The translations under genes and the position numbers were made by a program. A DNA stretch of 64,000 bases from Candidatus Nanopelagicales bacterium (lineage in GTDB: Bacteria; Actinomycetota; Actinomycetes; S36-B12; GCA-2699445): positions 303,071 to 367,070 of the forward strand of contig JBAOHO010000012.1 of assembly GCA_037045355.1 (NCBI GenBank), in the 5' to 3' direction. Below the pieces are notes generated by a model, which saw only the letters and a list, made by a program, of their open reading frames with translations, did not search any database and was not told where the DNA came from. Positions within the stretch are counted from its first letter, which is position 1. Each line of letters opens with the position of its first letter. This document shows positions 13,796 to 24,705 of this stretch, in pieces.

Positions 13796-13799
<4 letters not shown>
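12384..13799 (-). CDS. rodA: FtsW/RodA/SpoVE-family peptidoglycan polymerase (GTG start at 13799; the longer tracked ORF is an out-of-frame extension over pstP)
   Basis: Ten-helix SEDS profile (..FQPGELAKI.., ETDLGTAL, SDFILSAFGEELG, PLTGLTTPFLSAGGSA). GTGA overlap with the pstP stop. Confidence 0.9.
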
Positions 13800-15078
<1,279 letters not shown>

Positions 15079-15082
<4 letters not shown>

Positions 15083-15558
15083 TTGCGTACCTGCATGACG
15101 CTGCGGCCCACGTGCAGCGGCACTCCCACGGGCAGGACCGTGGGCCGGGTGATGCGGGTGCGGTCCAGCCAGGTGCCGTTGGTCGAATTGAGGTCCTCGA
15201 CGACCCATTCCCCGCCGGCCGAGTAGATCCGGCAGTGGTTGGTCGAGGCGTAGTCGTCTTCGAGCACGAGAGTGGAGTCGGCGGCCCGGCCGATCGTGAT
15301 GGGCGTCGCTCCGAGGGGAACGACGGTTCCCGACAGCGGACCCTCGGTGACCACCAGCCGGTTGCCGCGGCCCCCGGAACGGGCCCGACGCGACGGCGGG
15401 GCCGGTGCTGGATGCTGCTGCCCGGCGGCGAGTGCGACCGGACGGGCCTCGCGCGGGGCGCGCAGGTCGCGGCGCAGCACACTCAAAGTGAACAGAACCC
15501 CCACCCACAACAGCACCAGGAAACCCAGTCGCAGCAGCGTGAGGGCCAGTTCGGACAT
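15079..15558 (-). CDS. fhaB: FHA-domain protein FhaB/FipA
   Basis: N-terminal TM helix plus C-terminal FHA domain (ITIGRAADSTLVLEDDYASTNHCRIY..VVEDLNSTNGTWLD). Confidence 0.85.
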
Positions 15559-16256
15559 CAGATGTCCCGGTACGTCACGACGGTGGATCCCACCTGGATC
15601 CGGGCTCCGTCGTGCAGAGGGGCTTCGGTCACCTTGCGGCCATCGACCAGGGTGCCGTTGGTGGAGCCGAGATCGCGCACGATGACCGGCAGCCCGAGGA
15701 CGATCTCGGCGTGCGCCCGGCTGACGCCGGCGTCGTCGAGTTGGATGTCCGCTCCTTGCCCTCGGCCCAGCCGGGTGTGGCTGCGGGTCAGGGGATAGGA
15801 GGTGGCGCCGATCATGAGCCGGGGGTGACCGGTGGCGTTGCCGGGCGGCACCGGGGTCACGGATCGGGAGGTTCCGCCGGCGTCATCGGGGTGCGCCTGG
15901 CTGCGCACGCGGAACACCCCGGTGCTCAGATCGGGGTCCTCGGCGAACCTGACGTCGACCGAACCGAGGAACGTGTAGCGCTGCTCGGTCGCGTACTGCC
16001 GGGCCACCTGTGCGAGCTCCGCGCGCATCTGGTCGGCGTACACATCGAGACGTTCGATGTCGGTACTGGACAACTCGATGGTGAAGATGTTCGGCACGAC
16101 AGTGCGGCCCTTGCTCACGATGGCTGAGCGGGTGTCCATCTCGCGCTGGATCCGGGCCGCCAGTTCGACGGGCTCCACCGCGTCGCGGAACGCCTTGGCG
16201 AAGGTGCCGTTGACCAGCTGGTCCAGGCGCTGTTCGAAGTTGTCGAGCAGGCCCAT
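15558..16256 (-). CDS. fhaA: FHA-domain protein FhaA (DUF3662 N-terminal region plus FHA)
   Basis: MGLLDNFEQRLDQLVNGTFAKAF N-terminus. C-terminal FHA (TRLGRGQGADIQLDDAGVSRAHAEI..VRDLGSTNGTLVDG). Confidence 0.85.
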   Translation of the reverse strand: MGLLDNFEQRLDQLVNGTFAKAFRDAVEPVELAARIQREMDTRSAIVSKGRTVVPNIFTIELSSTDIERLDVYADQMRAELAQVARQYATEQRYTFLGSVDVRFAEDPDLSTGVFRVRSQAHPDDAGGTSRSVTPVPPGNATGHPRLMIGATSYPLTRSHTRLGRGQGADIQLDDAGVSRAHAEIVLGLPVIVRDLGSTNGTLVDGRKVTEAPLHDGARIQVGSTVVTYRDI

Positions 16257-16553
16257 CGTTCACCTCCCGGTGCCTAGACGTCGGTCGATGCTATCCGCGC
16301 CCGACCACCTCGGGGGAGTGATGGGGGCAACACGTGGCGGTCACCTGGCACGACGACGGTCGCGGCTGGCGATGTGCGTAACATCGGACCACTCGTTCGG
16401 GATTCGCTGCGCCTCCGTTAGGCCGACCTGACTAGGCCAAAAGTCCTAAGTTCCCCCCAGCACTTGTACCCCGCGGGGTAGCCGTGCCTACACTCAGAGT
16501 GACGGGCGGGAAATCGGCCCGCACTGGTCAATGGAAGAAAGAGTGGGAAGACC

Positions 16554-16940
16554 ATGTCGAAGTATCTGCGCCGGGTTCATCGCGAGGACGAAGGCTTCTC
16601 GCTGGTTGAACTCCTTATTGTCATCGTCGTGCTGGGCATCCTGGGCGGCATCGTTGTGTTCGGAGTTGGCGAACTTCCGCGCTGATTCGTACTCGAGGCA
16701 GCGTGTGAACGCGAATCGTGAAGCAGGTCAACGTGGGATCTCAGGCCTACACGCGCAAAGACGGGCAACGTCGCTAGCTGATGTTGATGCATTGGTGACT
16801 GCGGGCTACTTGGAAAGCAATTCAACCGCTGGCTCCAACAGCATTTACGATCGCACAAGCGAATGCGGCAGGCCCCCCAGTCGTAAAGATAGGGCCAGGC
16901 GCTGGTCAACGGCAACCCAGCCGCTTCGGGGTGTGTGACC
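16554..16940 (+). pseudogene. pilA: Type IVa pilin gene, disrupted (premature stop at 16683; continuation found in the other two frames)
   Basis: MSKYLRRVHREDEG|FSLVELLIVIVVLGILGGIVVFG is a canonical prepilin leader with G-1, F+1 and E+5. Pilin-like continuation VKQVNVGSQAYTRKDGQ (frame 2) and ATSLADVDALVTAGYLESNS (frame 1). The 3' end is ambiguous. Confidence 0.7.
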
Positions 16941-16960
16941 TCGCTAGGACTCGACAGACG

Positions 16961-16995
16961 AAATGCGGGCCACACCCAGCGTGTGGCCCGCATTT
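16961..16995. terminator. Perfect 15-bp stem / 5-nt loop hairpin between convergent pilA and pilT
   Basis: AAATGCGGGCCACAC-CCAGC-GTGTGGCCCGCATTT. Confidence 0.6.
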
Positions 16996-17050
16996 GTCTG
17001 CGCCTGCGGCGTTGATCACCATTGGTGAGGCCTCGACCCCCGCAGGGCAG

Positions 17051-18112
17051 TCATCCCTTCGCAACCTCGTTGGGGTGTTGGGAGCGTATCGCTGCCTGTT
17101 CGTAGTCGACCAGTCCCTTCTGCACCAGATCGCTGAGTGAATCCTCGAGTGACATCATTCCCTCCTTGCGACCCATGATGAGTTGATTGCGCAACTGGTT
17201 GGTCCGCCCCTCCTTGATGAGGTTGCGGATCGATGAGTTGTTCTTGAGCACCTCGTAGGCGGCCACCAGCCCCCCACCGCGGCGCGGCAGTAGCCGCTGG
17301 TAGACCACGGCCTTCAAGGAGAGTGCCAGTTGGGTGCGGATCTGGCTCTGCTCGTCACCGGGGAACACCTCCACGAGCCTGTCCATGGTCTGCGCCGTGT
17401 CGTTGGTGTGGACCGTCGCGAGCACCAGGTGACCGGTCTCGGCCAGCGTGAGGGCGAAGCGAATCGATTCGAGATCTCGCAGCTCGCCGACCAGGATCAC
17501 GTCCGGGTCTTCGCGGAGGGCGCTGCGCAGCGCTGCGGCAAACGACTCGGTGTCTTCGCCGACGGCTCGCTGATGCACGGCAGCCTTTTGATGCGAGTGC
17601 ACGTACTCGATGGGGTCTTCGATGGTGATGATGTGAACGGCCCGATTAGCTGCGATCCAGTCGAGCATCGTCGCCAGGGTCGTGGACTTGCCGGACCCAG
17701 TGGGTCCGGTGACCAGGATCAGGCCCTGATCGGCCGCCGCCAGTTCCCGTACGCTCATCGGGATTCCCAGATCATCGAAACTGGGGATTGTGTGCGGCAT
17801 GATCCGCAGCGCCAGTGCGACGGTGTTTCGTTGCCTGTAGGCGTTACCCCGTATGCGGGCCTGGCCCCGCCAACCGAATGAGAAGTCCACATCGTGACCG
17901 CGACGGCAGTCGTCGAGTTGCTCGTCGGTGAGCAACTCGCGCGCCAGTCGCTCAATCTCGGCGGGTTTCATCACTTCGGTGCCCGCGAGCGGGATGAGGT
18001 CCATGTGCACGCGGATCAGCGGCCGGCTCATCGCGGACAGATGCAGGTCGGTCCCTCCCGCATCCCATAGAGCACCGAGCAAACTGTCGACCGTCCAGAC
18101 TTCCGTGCTCAT
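17051..18112 (-). CDS. pilT: Type IV pilus retraction ATPase PilT (ATG at 18112; the upstream part of the tracked ORF is not used)
   Basis: GLILVTGPTGSGKSTT (Walker A), IITIEDPIEY, DPDVILVGELRD (Walker B/Asp box), GHLVLATVHT (His box). PilT-like C-terminus. Confidence 0.9.
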   Translation of the reverse strand: MSTEVWTVDSLLGALWDAGGTDLHLSAMSRPLIRVHMDLIPLAGTEVMKPAEIERLARELLTDEQLDDCRRGHDVDFSFGWRGQARIRGNAYRQRNTVALALRIMPHTIPSFDDLGIPMSVRELAAADQGLILVTGPTGSGKSTTLATMLDWIAANRAVHIITIEDPIEYVHSHQKAAVHQRAVGEDTESFAAALRSALREDPDVILVGELRDLESIRFALTLAETGHLVLATVHTNDTAQTMDRLVEVFPGDEQSQIRTQLALSLKAVVYQRLLPRRGGGLVAAYEVLKNNSSIRNLIKEGRTNQLRNQLIMGRKEGMMSLEDSLSDLVQKGLVDYEQAAIRSQHPNEVAKG

Positions 18113-18126
18113 ATCCACCAGACTAG

Positions 18127-18152
18127 GGCGTGGCGCCACGCGCCGAGGCGTG
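18127..18152. promoter_or_regulatory. 14-bp perfect palindrome plus an extra half-site in the divergent pilT/pilB promoter region
   Basis: GCGTGGCGCCACGC at 18127-18140, followed by GGCGTGG at 18146-18152. Lies within the 94-bp pilT-pilB intergenic spacer. Confidence 0.35.
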
Positions 18153-18206
18153 GTGCGTTTGCGGTCGGTGGCAGTTGTCGCCGAGGTTTCACGGGAAGGA
18201 GTTCTG

Positions 18207-20009
18207 ATGCGGATTCGCCGGGCCTCCAAGAGTGACGCACAGAAGGCGACCCAGCCATCGCCCGCCGCAGCTCCTCAGCCGGCGTCCCCCTCGCCGGCCG
18301 GCAGACCCGTTCCACTGGGCCAGCTCCTGATCAACCGCGGTGCCATCACGCCGGCGGAACTCGCAGAGGCGGTGGACCAGCAGGCGGAGTCGGGCAAGAA
18401 GATCGGCGAACTCCTTGTCGACCTCGGCATGGTCGACGAGAGGGATGTGCTCGGAGCTCTGTCCGATCAGTTCGGTATCGGGCTGGCGCAACTCAAGGGC
18501 CAGACTCTGGACTCACAAGTAGCGGGGCTGCTTCCCGAGACGATGGTGCGGAGCCTGCGCGCCCTCCCCATCGCTCGCGAACCCGATGGCACGGTCGTGA
18601 TTGCCACCAGCAATCTGCAGGCGTGTGCCCCCTCGGAGCGGGGAGAGTTCGAGGCCAAGCTGCGCGACGCGATCGGCGCCCCGGTGATCCTGAAGGTGGC
18701 AACCGAGAACGACATCCGATGGGCCATCTCGACTATCTACCACGCGTTCGATCAAGTGAGCGGCCAAGTCGACCAATACGTCGCGACCCATGGTCGGCGC
18801 GAGGCCGCCACTGCCACGAACGTCGCGATCGAAGCGGCCGCCAGCGATGCGCCCGTCGTCAAGATCGTGGACATGATCCTCACGCAGGCCATGCGGGATC
18901 GTGCCTCCGACATTCACATCGAGCCCCAAGGCGAGCAAGTGCGGGTCCGGTACCGCATCGACGGCGCCCTACATGAAGCGCTGACCTTGCCCGGGAGCAT
19001 GGCCGGAGCGCTGTCCAGCCGAATCAAGATCATGGCCGGGATGAGCATCGTGGAGCGCCGCCGCCCCCAAGACGGTCAGATCGCTATGACGATCGACGGT
19101 CACTCCGTGGACATCCGCGTGTCTACCACCGGGGTGGTCTTCGGCGAGAAGGTGGTGCTGCGGGTCCTCGACCGCACCAAGGCCGTTCTGCAGTTACGGG
19201 ACCTCGGCATGGGAGGTACCATGCTGCGTTCCTACCGGGACATGCTGGCGTCGCCTTACGGGATGGTCTTGTGCGCTGGCCCAACCGGCAGCGGTAAGAC
19301 CACGACCCTGTATGCCTCGTTGAACGAGATCAACGAGGTCTACAGCAACATCACAACCATTGAGGACCCCGTCGAGTACGTGTTCCCGAGTGTGAATCAG
19401 ATCCAGATCAACGAAGCCGCCGGCATCACCTTCGCATCAGGGCTACGCGCGATCCTGCGCCAGGACCCCGATGTGATCCTGGTCGGCGAGATCCGCGACG
19501 TCGAGACGGCGAACATCGCCGTCCAGTCCGCACTGACGGGCCACTTCGTGTTGTCGTCCGTGCACGCCACCGATGCTGTGTCGTCTCTCTATCGCTTCAT
19601 CGACATGGGCATCGAGACCTTCCTGTTGTCAGCCTCCGTGCTTGGCGTCGTCGGGCAGCGCCTGGTTCGGCGCACCTGCAACGACTGCCGGGAGCCCTAC
19701 CAGCCCACCCCTGACGAGCTGTCCTACTACGAGCGCATGGGCGGGGAGCCCAAGGAGGAGTTCTCGGCAGGTGTCGGCTGCACTCACTGTGCGCATACCG
19801 GGTATGCCGGTCGCGTGGGCGTCTATGAGCTGCTCAGTATGTCTCCCGAGATGAAGGAACTGATCGTCCGCGCCAGCACCACTCACTCCGACATCCGGGA
19901 ACTCGCGATCGCGCAGGGAACGCGGACCTTGGGTCAGGAAGGTATCCGCCTGGTAGAGCGGGATCGGACCACGATCGCGGAGATCATCCGCAGCATCTAC
20001 ACCCTCTGA
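18207..20009 (+). CDS. pilB: Type IV pilus assembly ATPase PilB/GspE family with MshEN-like N-terminal domain
   Basis: ATG preceded by GGAAGGA. N-terminal T2SSE_N/MshEN-like repeats. CAGPTGSGKTTT (Walker A), ITTIEDPVEY, DPDVILVGEIRD, GHFVLSSVHA. Tetracysteine CNDC..CTHC. Confidence 0.9.
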   Translation: MRIRRASKSDAQKATQPSPAAAPQPASPSPAGRPVPLGQLLINRGAITPAELAEAVDQQAESGKKIGELLVDLGMVDERDVLGALSDQFGIGLAQLKGQTLDSQVAGLLPETMVRSLRALPIAREPDGTVVIATSNLQACAPSERGEFEAKLRDAIGAPVILKVATENDIRWAISTIYHAFDQVSGQVDQYVATHGRREAATATNVAIEAAASDAPVVKIVDMILTQAMRDRASDIHIEPQGEQVRVRYRIDGALHEALTLPGSMAGALSSRIKIMAGMSIVERRRPQDGQIAMTIDGHSVDIRVSTTGVVFGEKVVLRVLDRTKAVLQLRDLGMGGTMLRSYRDMLASPYGMVLCAGPTGSGKTTTLYASLNEINEVYSNITTIEDPVEYVFPSVNQIQINEAAGITFASGLRAILRQDPDVILVGEIRDVETANIAVQSALTGHFVLSSVHATDAVSSLYRFIDMGIETFLLSASVLGVVGQRLVRRTCNDCREPYQPTPDELSYYERMGGEPKEEFSAGVGCTHCAHTGYAGRVGVYELLSMSPEMKELIVRASTTHSDIRELAIAQGTRTLGQEGIRLVERDRTTIAEIIRSIYTL

Positions 20010-20015
20010 GTCGTC

Positions 20016-21231
20016 ATGCCGAAGTTCGTCTACACCGCCCTCGACCGGACCGGGGCTGAGGTGTCGGGTCAAGACGCGGGCGAAGACTGTTCTCGCAGGT
20101 CCGTTTCGAGCTCGAGGAGCAGGACCTAACGGTGACCTCGATCGAGGCCAAGAAGGGTCTGACCGAACTCGACATCACCCCCGCTCGGATCAAGCCCGCC
20201 GAGTTGATGCACATCTCGCGCCAACTCGCGGCGTTCCTGCGGGCCGGCATTCCGATCCTCGACGCCCTCGCTGAATTGCGAGAAGGGACGGAGAACCGGG
20301 GGACAAAGCGGGTACTGGCGTGAGATTGGCGACGATCTTGCCGCAGGGTCGACCTTGAGTGAGGCCTTTGAGAAACACTCCAACGACTTTCCGCCCTACT
20401 ATCTCGGGATCCTCCGGTCGGCGGAATTGACCGGCAATCTCGACACGGTCCTGGATCGGCTAGCCATCGACATCGAACGGGATCATGAGTCCCGTCGCAA
20501 ACTGCGCAGCGCCATGACGTACCCGGCCATCGTCGCGGTCATCAGCGTAGGAACTGTGGTGGTGCTGACGATGTTCGTCTTGCCGAAGTTCCAGGAATTC
20601 TTCCAGAGCCTCGATGCCGAGTTGCCGGCACCCACTCGATTGCTCCTGGCGATCAGCGCATTCATCCAGCAGTGGGCGTGGTTGATCGGTCTCATCGTGC
20701 TCGTACTGGTCGTCGCGTACGTCATTCGCGATCACGGACTCACGCGGGTCGCACGAGCCCGGGACCGCGCGATACTGAAACTGCCCGTTGTGGGTAGCAC
20801 CGTCCAGGTCGCGATGGCTGAACGGTTCACTCGCGTGCTCGCCTCACTCGTGAGCGCGGGCGTACCATTGCCCCAGGCCATGGGAGTCAGCGTGGACAGC
20901 CTCAAGAACCTCGCCTTCGAGGAGCCGCTGCAAGAAGCCCGGACGGCCATGATGGAAGGCGCCGGGCTCGCGGGTCCGATCGCAGTCACGCGCCTGTTTC
21001 CCCCGATGGCTGTGCAGATGATCCGCGTCGGCGAAGAGACCGGCAGCCTCGACAGCCAGTTGGAGGTCGCCGCCGAGTTCTACGAGCGGGAGCTTGACTA
21101 CAAGGTCAAGAAGCTGGCGGCGCTCGTCGGAACCGGCTGTCATCGTGTTCATGGGCGGGCTCGTGGGTTTCGTGGCAGTGGCACTGGTCTCTGCTATGTA
21201 CGGCATCTTTAGGGCGACGAATCTGACATGA
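20016..21231 (+). pseudogene. pilC: Pilus platform protein PilC/GspF family, disrupted by at least three frame changes (near 20090, 20320, 21125)
   Basis: MPKFVYTALDRTGAEVSG (frame 0). SQVRFELEEQDLTVTSIEAKKG..RQLAAFLRAGIPILDAL (frame 2). LSEAFEKHSNDFPPYYLGILRSAELTGNL..EFYERELDYKVKKLAAL (frame 0). EPAVIVFMGGLVGFVAVALVSAMYGIF (frame 1). Confidence 0.85.
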
Positions 21232-21783
21232 GCGGCTTCCGGCCCTCTGCTCTCCAGCGCGCCGCTGGAGAGACCCTCATTGAGACCGTGCTCGCGATCA
21301 TGATCCTGGATCTCGACGGCAGCGGTCAGCGGTGCCGTGATGATGGCCACCGGCGCGGCAGCCATGAACAGCCAGCTCACCGATTCCGACATGATCCTCC
21401 GAAGTTGGGCCGAGAAGGTCGCCGTGGCGCAATACGAGCGCTGTCGTGATGCGACAGACTCGAGTTGGCCGAAGCCACCCTTGATCGACCCTGACGCACC
21501 CGATTGGACCGATGGCGGGCCCGGCACCTGGGAAGGTGCGGTAGGCGAGATCCAGTACACAGCCACGATCGCCGAAGTCGCCTACTGGGATAACAAGGCG
21601 ACGAATCCGGGCTTCGTCGGGACCTGTGACCCGCCGTCCGAGGACTCTGGTATCCAGCGAGTCACCATCCAAGTGACCTCAGAGGGATTGGGCCTCCCCA
21701 GCACCGCGAAGACGCTCGAAGTCACCGTGCGCAATCCCTGCAAGACCGTCGACCCGGACGAGGATGACGGATGCTCCGCCTGA
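21228..21783 (+). pseudogene. Minor pilin / pseudopilin, frame change between the prepilin N-terminus and the body (near 21300-21340)
   Basis: MSGFRPSALQRAAG|ETLIETVLAIMIL prepilin-type N-terminus at 21228. The body continues in ORF 21337-21783. ATGA overlap with pilC. Confidence 0.6.
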
Positions 21784-22360
21784 GCACACAGTGGCAGGAC
21801 CCGGGTGATCGATCCGGGGCCGCTCCGACGGCGTCACCTTGATCGAATTGGTAGTGGTCGTCGCCGTGATGGGGATCGTGTTGTCGGGCATTACCGCGCT
21901 GCTGTTGGTGTCGACGAGTGCGACCCAGAAGGCGCGCGAGCAACTCAACCAGGACGGTGGGCTGAGACTCGCCTCCGTGTACTTCAACCCTGACGTTCAG
22001 AGCGCGGACCTCGTTGAGAGAGGCACTGCAAACTGCGGCTCTAACTCTGAGGCAGTGATAGTTCTGAGCGGAACCGACTACCGGCAAGACTTGAACTCCC
22101 CAATCGAAACGACTGTCAGCTACGTCGTCACGAATGGTGATGCTAACGGGAAGTCCCTAACCCGCTATGCGTGTGAAGACGGTGAGCTGACCGACGAGGT
22201 CGTTGTGGCGGAGGGACTGGATTCCACTGTCTCGGCTTGGGCGGAGTGTCGTGACACGAACGGCGATGAGGTCCAAGGCTGTGGTGCTGAGGCTTCCAGC
22301 GTAACCCTGATTACGAACGCTCAAGTTCCGAATCAGAACCACCTTCGGTGCATCGTATGA
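21771..22360 (+). pseudogene. Minor pilin / pseudopilin, frame change between the leader and the hydrophobic segment (near 21806-21830)
   Basis: Leader MLRLSTQWQDPGDRSG in one frame. G|VTLIELVVVVAVMGIVLSGITALLLV and the body (21839-22360) in the next. No start codon in the body frame after the stop at 21806. Confidence 0.6.
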
Positions 22361-22379
22361 CTGCTGCGAGGCGATCAGC

Positions 22380-24622
22380 ATGATCCGCAAGGCAGCGCTC
22401 TTCAGGGATTTTCGCCGGGATGACACCGGCGCATCGCTGATCTTGGTCATGGCCCTGCTGATGTTCGTCGGGCTCGTCACGGCCGCCGCGTTGAACTATG
22501 CACAGACGAGCCTGGGGACCACCGATGTGCTCGAGGATCGCGTAGCCCAGGACTACGACGTCGACGGCGCCCTGCAGACCGGGATAAACCGAATCCGAAC
22601 CAGTGACTTCATCAGCAGCGAGTCGAAGGACGGCAAACTCGTGGATCCCCCGCTTCCCTTCTGGTTCCCGGGGCCAGATGGAGCAGGGGAAGAAGGTTCT
22701 GGTTACATTCCAGCCGGTCATCGGTACGGGGTACAAATGGCACTGCCGTTACCCGGACCCCGAACTGGACCGTGCTGGCGACGGAGAACTCAGGGATCGG
22801 GGGATCCTCTCGTGTTGATCGAACCGTTGGCGACAAGGCGCGGATCGCGGGACCTTTGGCGTCCAACGGAAGTGTCGATGCGGGATCAGGCGAGATCGAG
22901 GCTGATGGACCTGTGCGCGCGTCTGGTGCTTGTTCGGGCAGTGTGGTCAGCCTTGTTGGCGACAAGGAATGCTCTGTGGGTGCGACGGCTACGCCTTTCC
23001 TACACCCAGCCTGAAGGCACCGTGATCCGCCGGGATCTACCAGAGTGCCAGCCAGGGGACGTTACCCCGTTCGAACCGGGTCTATACGACGATGCTGCCG
23101 CCCTTCAGAGTTTCATGAATACCGAGTGCTCCAACTCCATACTCTGGTTCCCGGGTGCCGCTCAGGGTGCTGCCTACTTCTTCGACTTTCGCAACGGGGA
23201 GGATGAGGATCCACCGAGTGATGATGAAAAGGTCTGGCACCTGAACAACTCAGACCTTCGGGTTGTCGTAGGGGGGGCGAGTGAGCCTGATGGCTCCATT
23301 CCCGGATCCTGTCCGAGCCCCCGCTGACTCGAGAGGATAACCGGGGGGCCGCATTGGTTTTCGGAGGTGCAAGCCGGCTCAAGATCGAAGCTGGTCAGAT
23401 GGAAGTGTGTGGTCCGGGGGATGTGGACGACCCTCCCATAGGGATCTTCGGCGGCACGGAGGACCGGGGAACCATCAGACCGTCCCGGCATTCGGTACGG
23501 TCCCGAGGAGGGCCCTCTGCCTAATGTCATCCCCGCCACCTTGGATGACGGGATTCTGACCCTGTCGGAGTTTCAGAGAGTCTCTCCAGATTCACTAGGC
23601 CCCCCAGCGATACGGCAAGTAGGCGTGCGCAGTATGACTTCCCGGAGCGGATCCGTCAGTGGGACGAAGACAGGCAATCCCGATGCAACAACAACAGTGC
23701 TTGCCCGGGAGCCGTCACGGCAACGATCACAAACAGAAACCAAACGCCCCAGGCGGTGGTGAGTGGATTCGACCCATCGGAGGCCAAGGACGGGACCGAT
23801 GACCTTCCTTCGATCGAACCAGACACGGTTGTGGAGTACGCGAAGGTCTACGTGCGGCACCGGGAGTGGCGGACTGGAGGTAGCGCGTGGCTCGATTCCG
23901 CAAGGTTGACGGTCACCCCCCGGTGGTCCGACGGGACCGAAGGGACTGAAATCACGTTGATGAGTCCGATCGAGCAAAGCAACAATGAGGATTGGATCGA
24001 CGATCCCTTCAGGCTCCCTGACTCGCTGCTGGCCGACATTCGCGCAAAGGGGTTCCTGGGCGCCACCGTGACGTGGGAGATCTTGCCCTATCGGTCCGGC
24101 ACGCAGCCCAGTTTCGAAACTAGTCTGGACTCCATTGTCATGGTGATGAAGACCGATGGCGTGAGCGACTCCGCCTTCCGTAAGCAGGACACCAACAACA
24201 TCCCGGGTGGCAACTGCGTGCGAGCGGGAACGTGCGCCATGGTGGAGGCGGGCAGCAGTGGGCATTTCCATGTCCAGGGAACCGGCTATTCGGACCTCGG
24301 GGTATTCGACCTCGCCCAAGATGAGATCAGAGCCCCGGTTTTTGCCTCGGGCCTCATCGGTCGTCAGGTCCGTCTTAACGCCTCTAATGCCGGCAGTTAC
24401 GACGGACCAACCATCAATCGGCCGAGACCGCTCAAGATGCTGATCCGGGCCTACACCTGCACGGAGCCCAATGGCGACTGCGGCGATGAGAGTGGCCCGG
24501 TACTCACTGGCGGGGGCTGGGAGTTGGCAGGAACAGCGACGGCCACTTATGAAGACCCCGGAGGATCAGTCACTGAGGGCAGTCGCAAGGTCGCTGTCGA
24601 ATCGTGGTGGATCAAGCGGTAG
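22380..24622 (+). pseudogene. Large pilus-associated protein of unknown function (about 740 codons if restored), multiple frame changes
   Basis: N-terminus DDTGASLILVMALLMFVGLVTAAALNY resembles PilX/ComGG/TadG-type anchors. Protein-like sequence switches frame near 22720 and 22990, stops at 23327, continues in other frames across 23330-23700, and ends with ORF 23756-24622. Confidence 0.45.
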
Positions 24623-24705
24623 TTGCCCGAGTGTGAGTGCGACGGCCGCTCGACCACTCGTGACGGGGTGCTGCCTGTGGCACAGTTGGAGAGGGTAGGT
24701 GGCAC

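Noticed and set aside
16257-16553. Possible tRNA or riboswitch in the fhaA-pilA intergenic region (a tRNA-Leu follows fhaA in mycobacteria), and a putative promoter TTGTAC-N19-TACACT.
   Set aside because: No cloverleaf or conserved riboswitch core could be folded by eye. The promoter spacing is non-optimal and there is no supporting evidence.
17928-18206. Upstream extension of pilB (tracked start 17928), which overlaps pilT on the opposite strand.
   Set aside because: The extension is antisense to the conserved PilT N-terminus and has shadow-like composition. The ATG at 18207 has a GGAAGGA ribosome-binding site and leaves a sensible divergent promoter.
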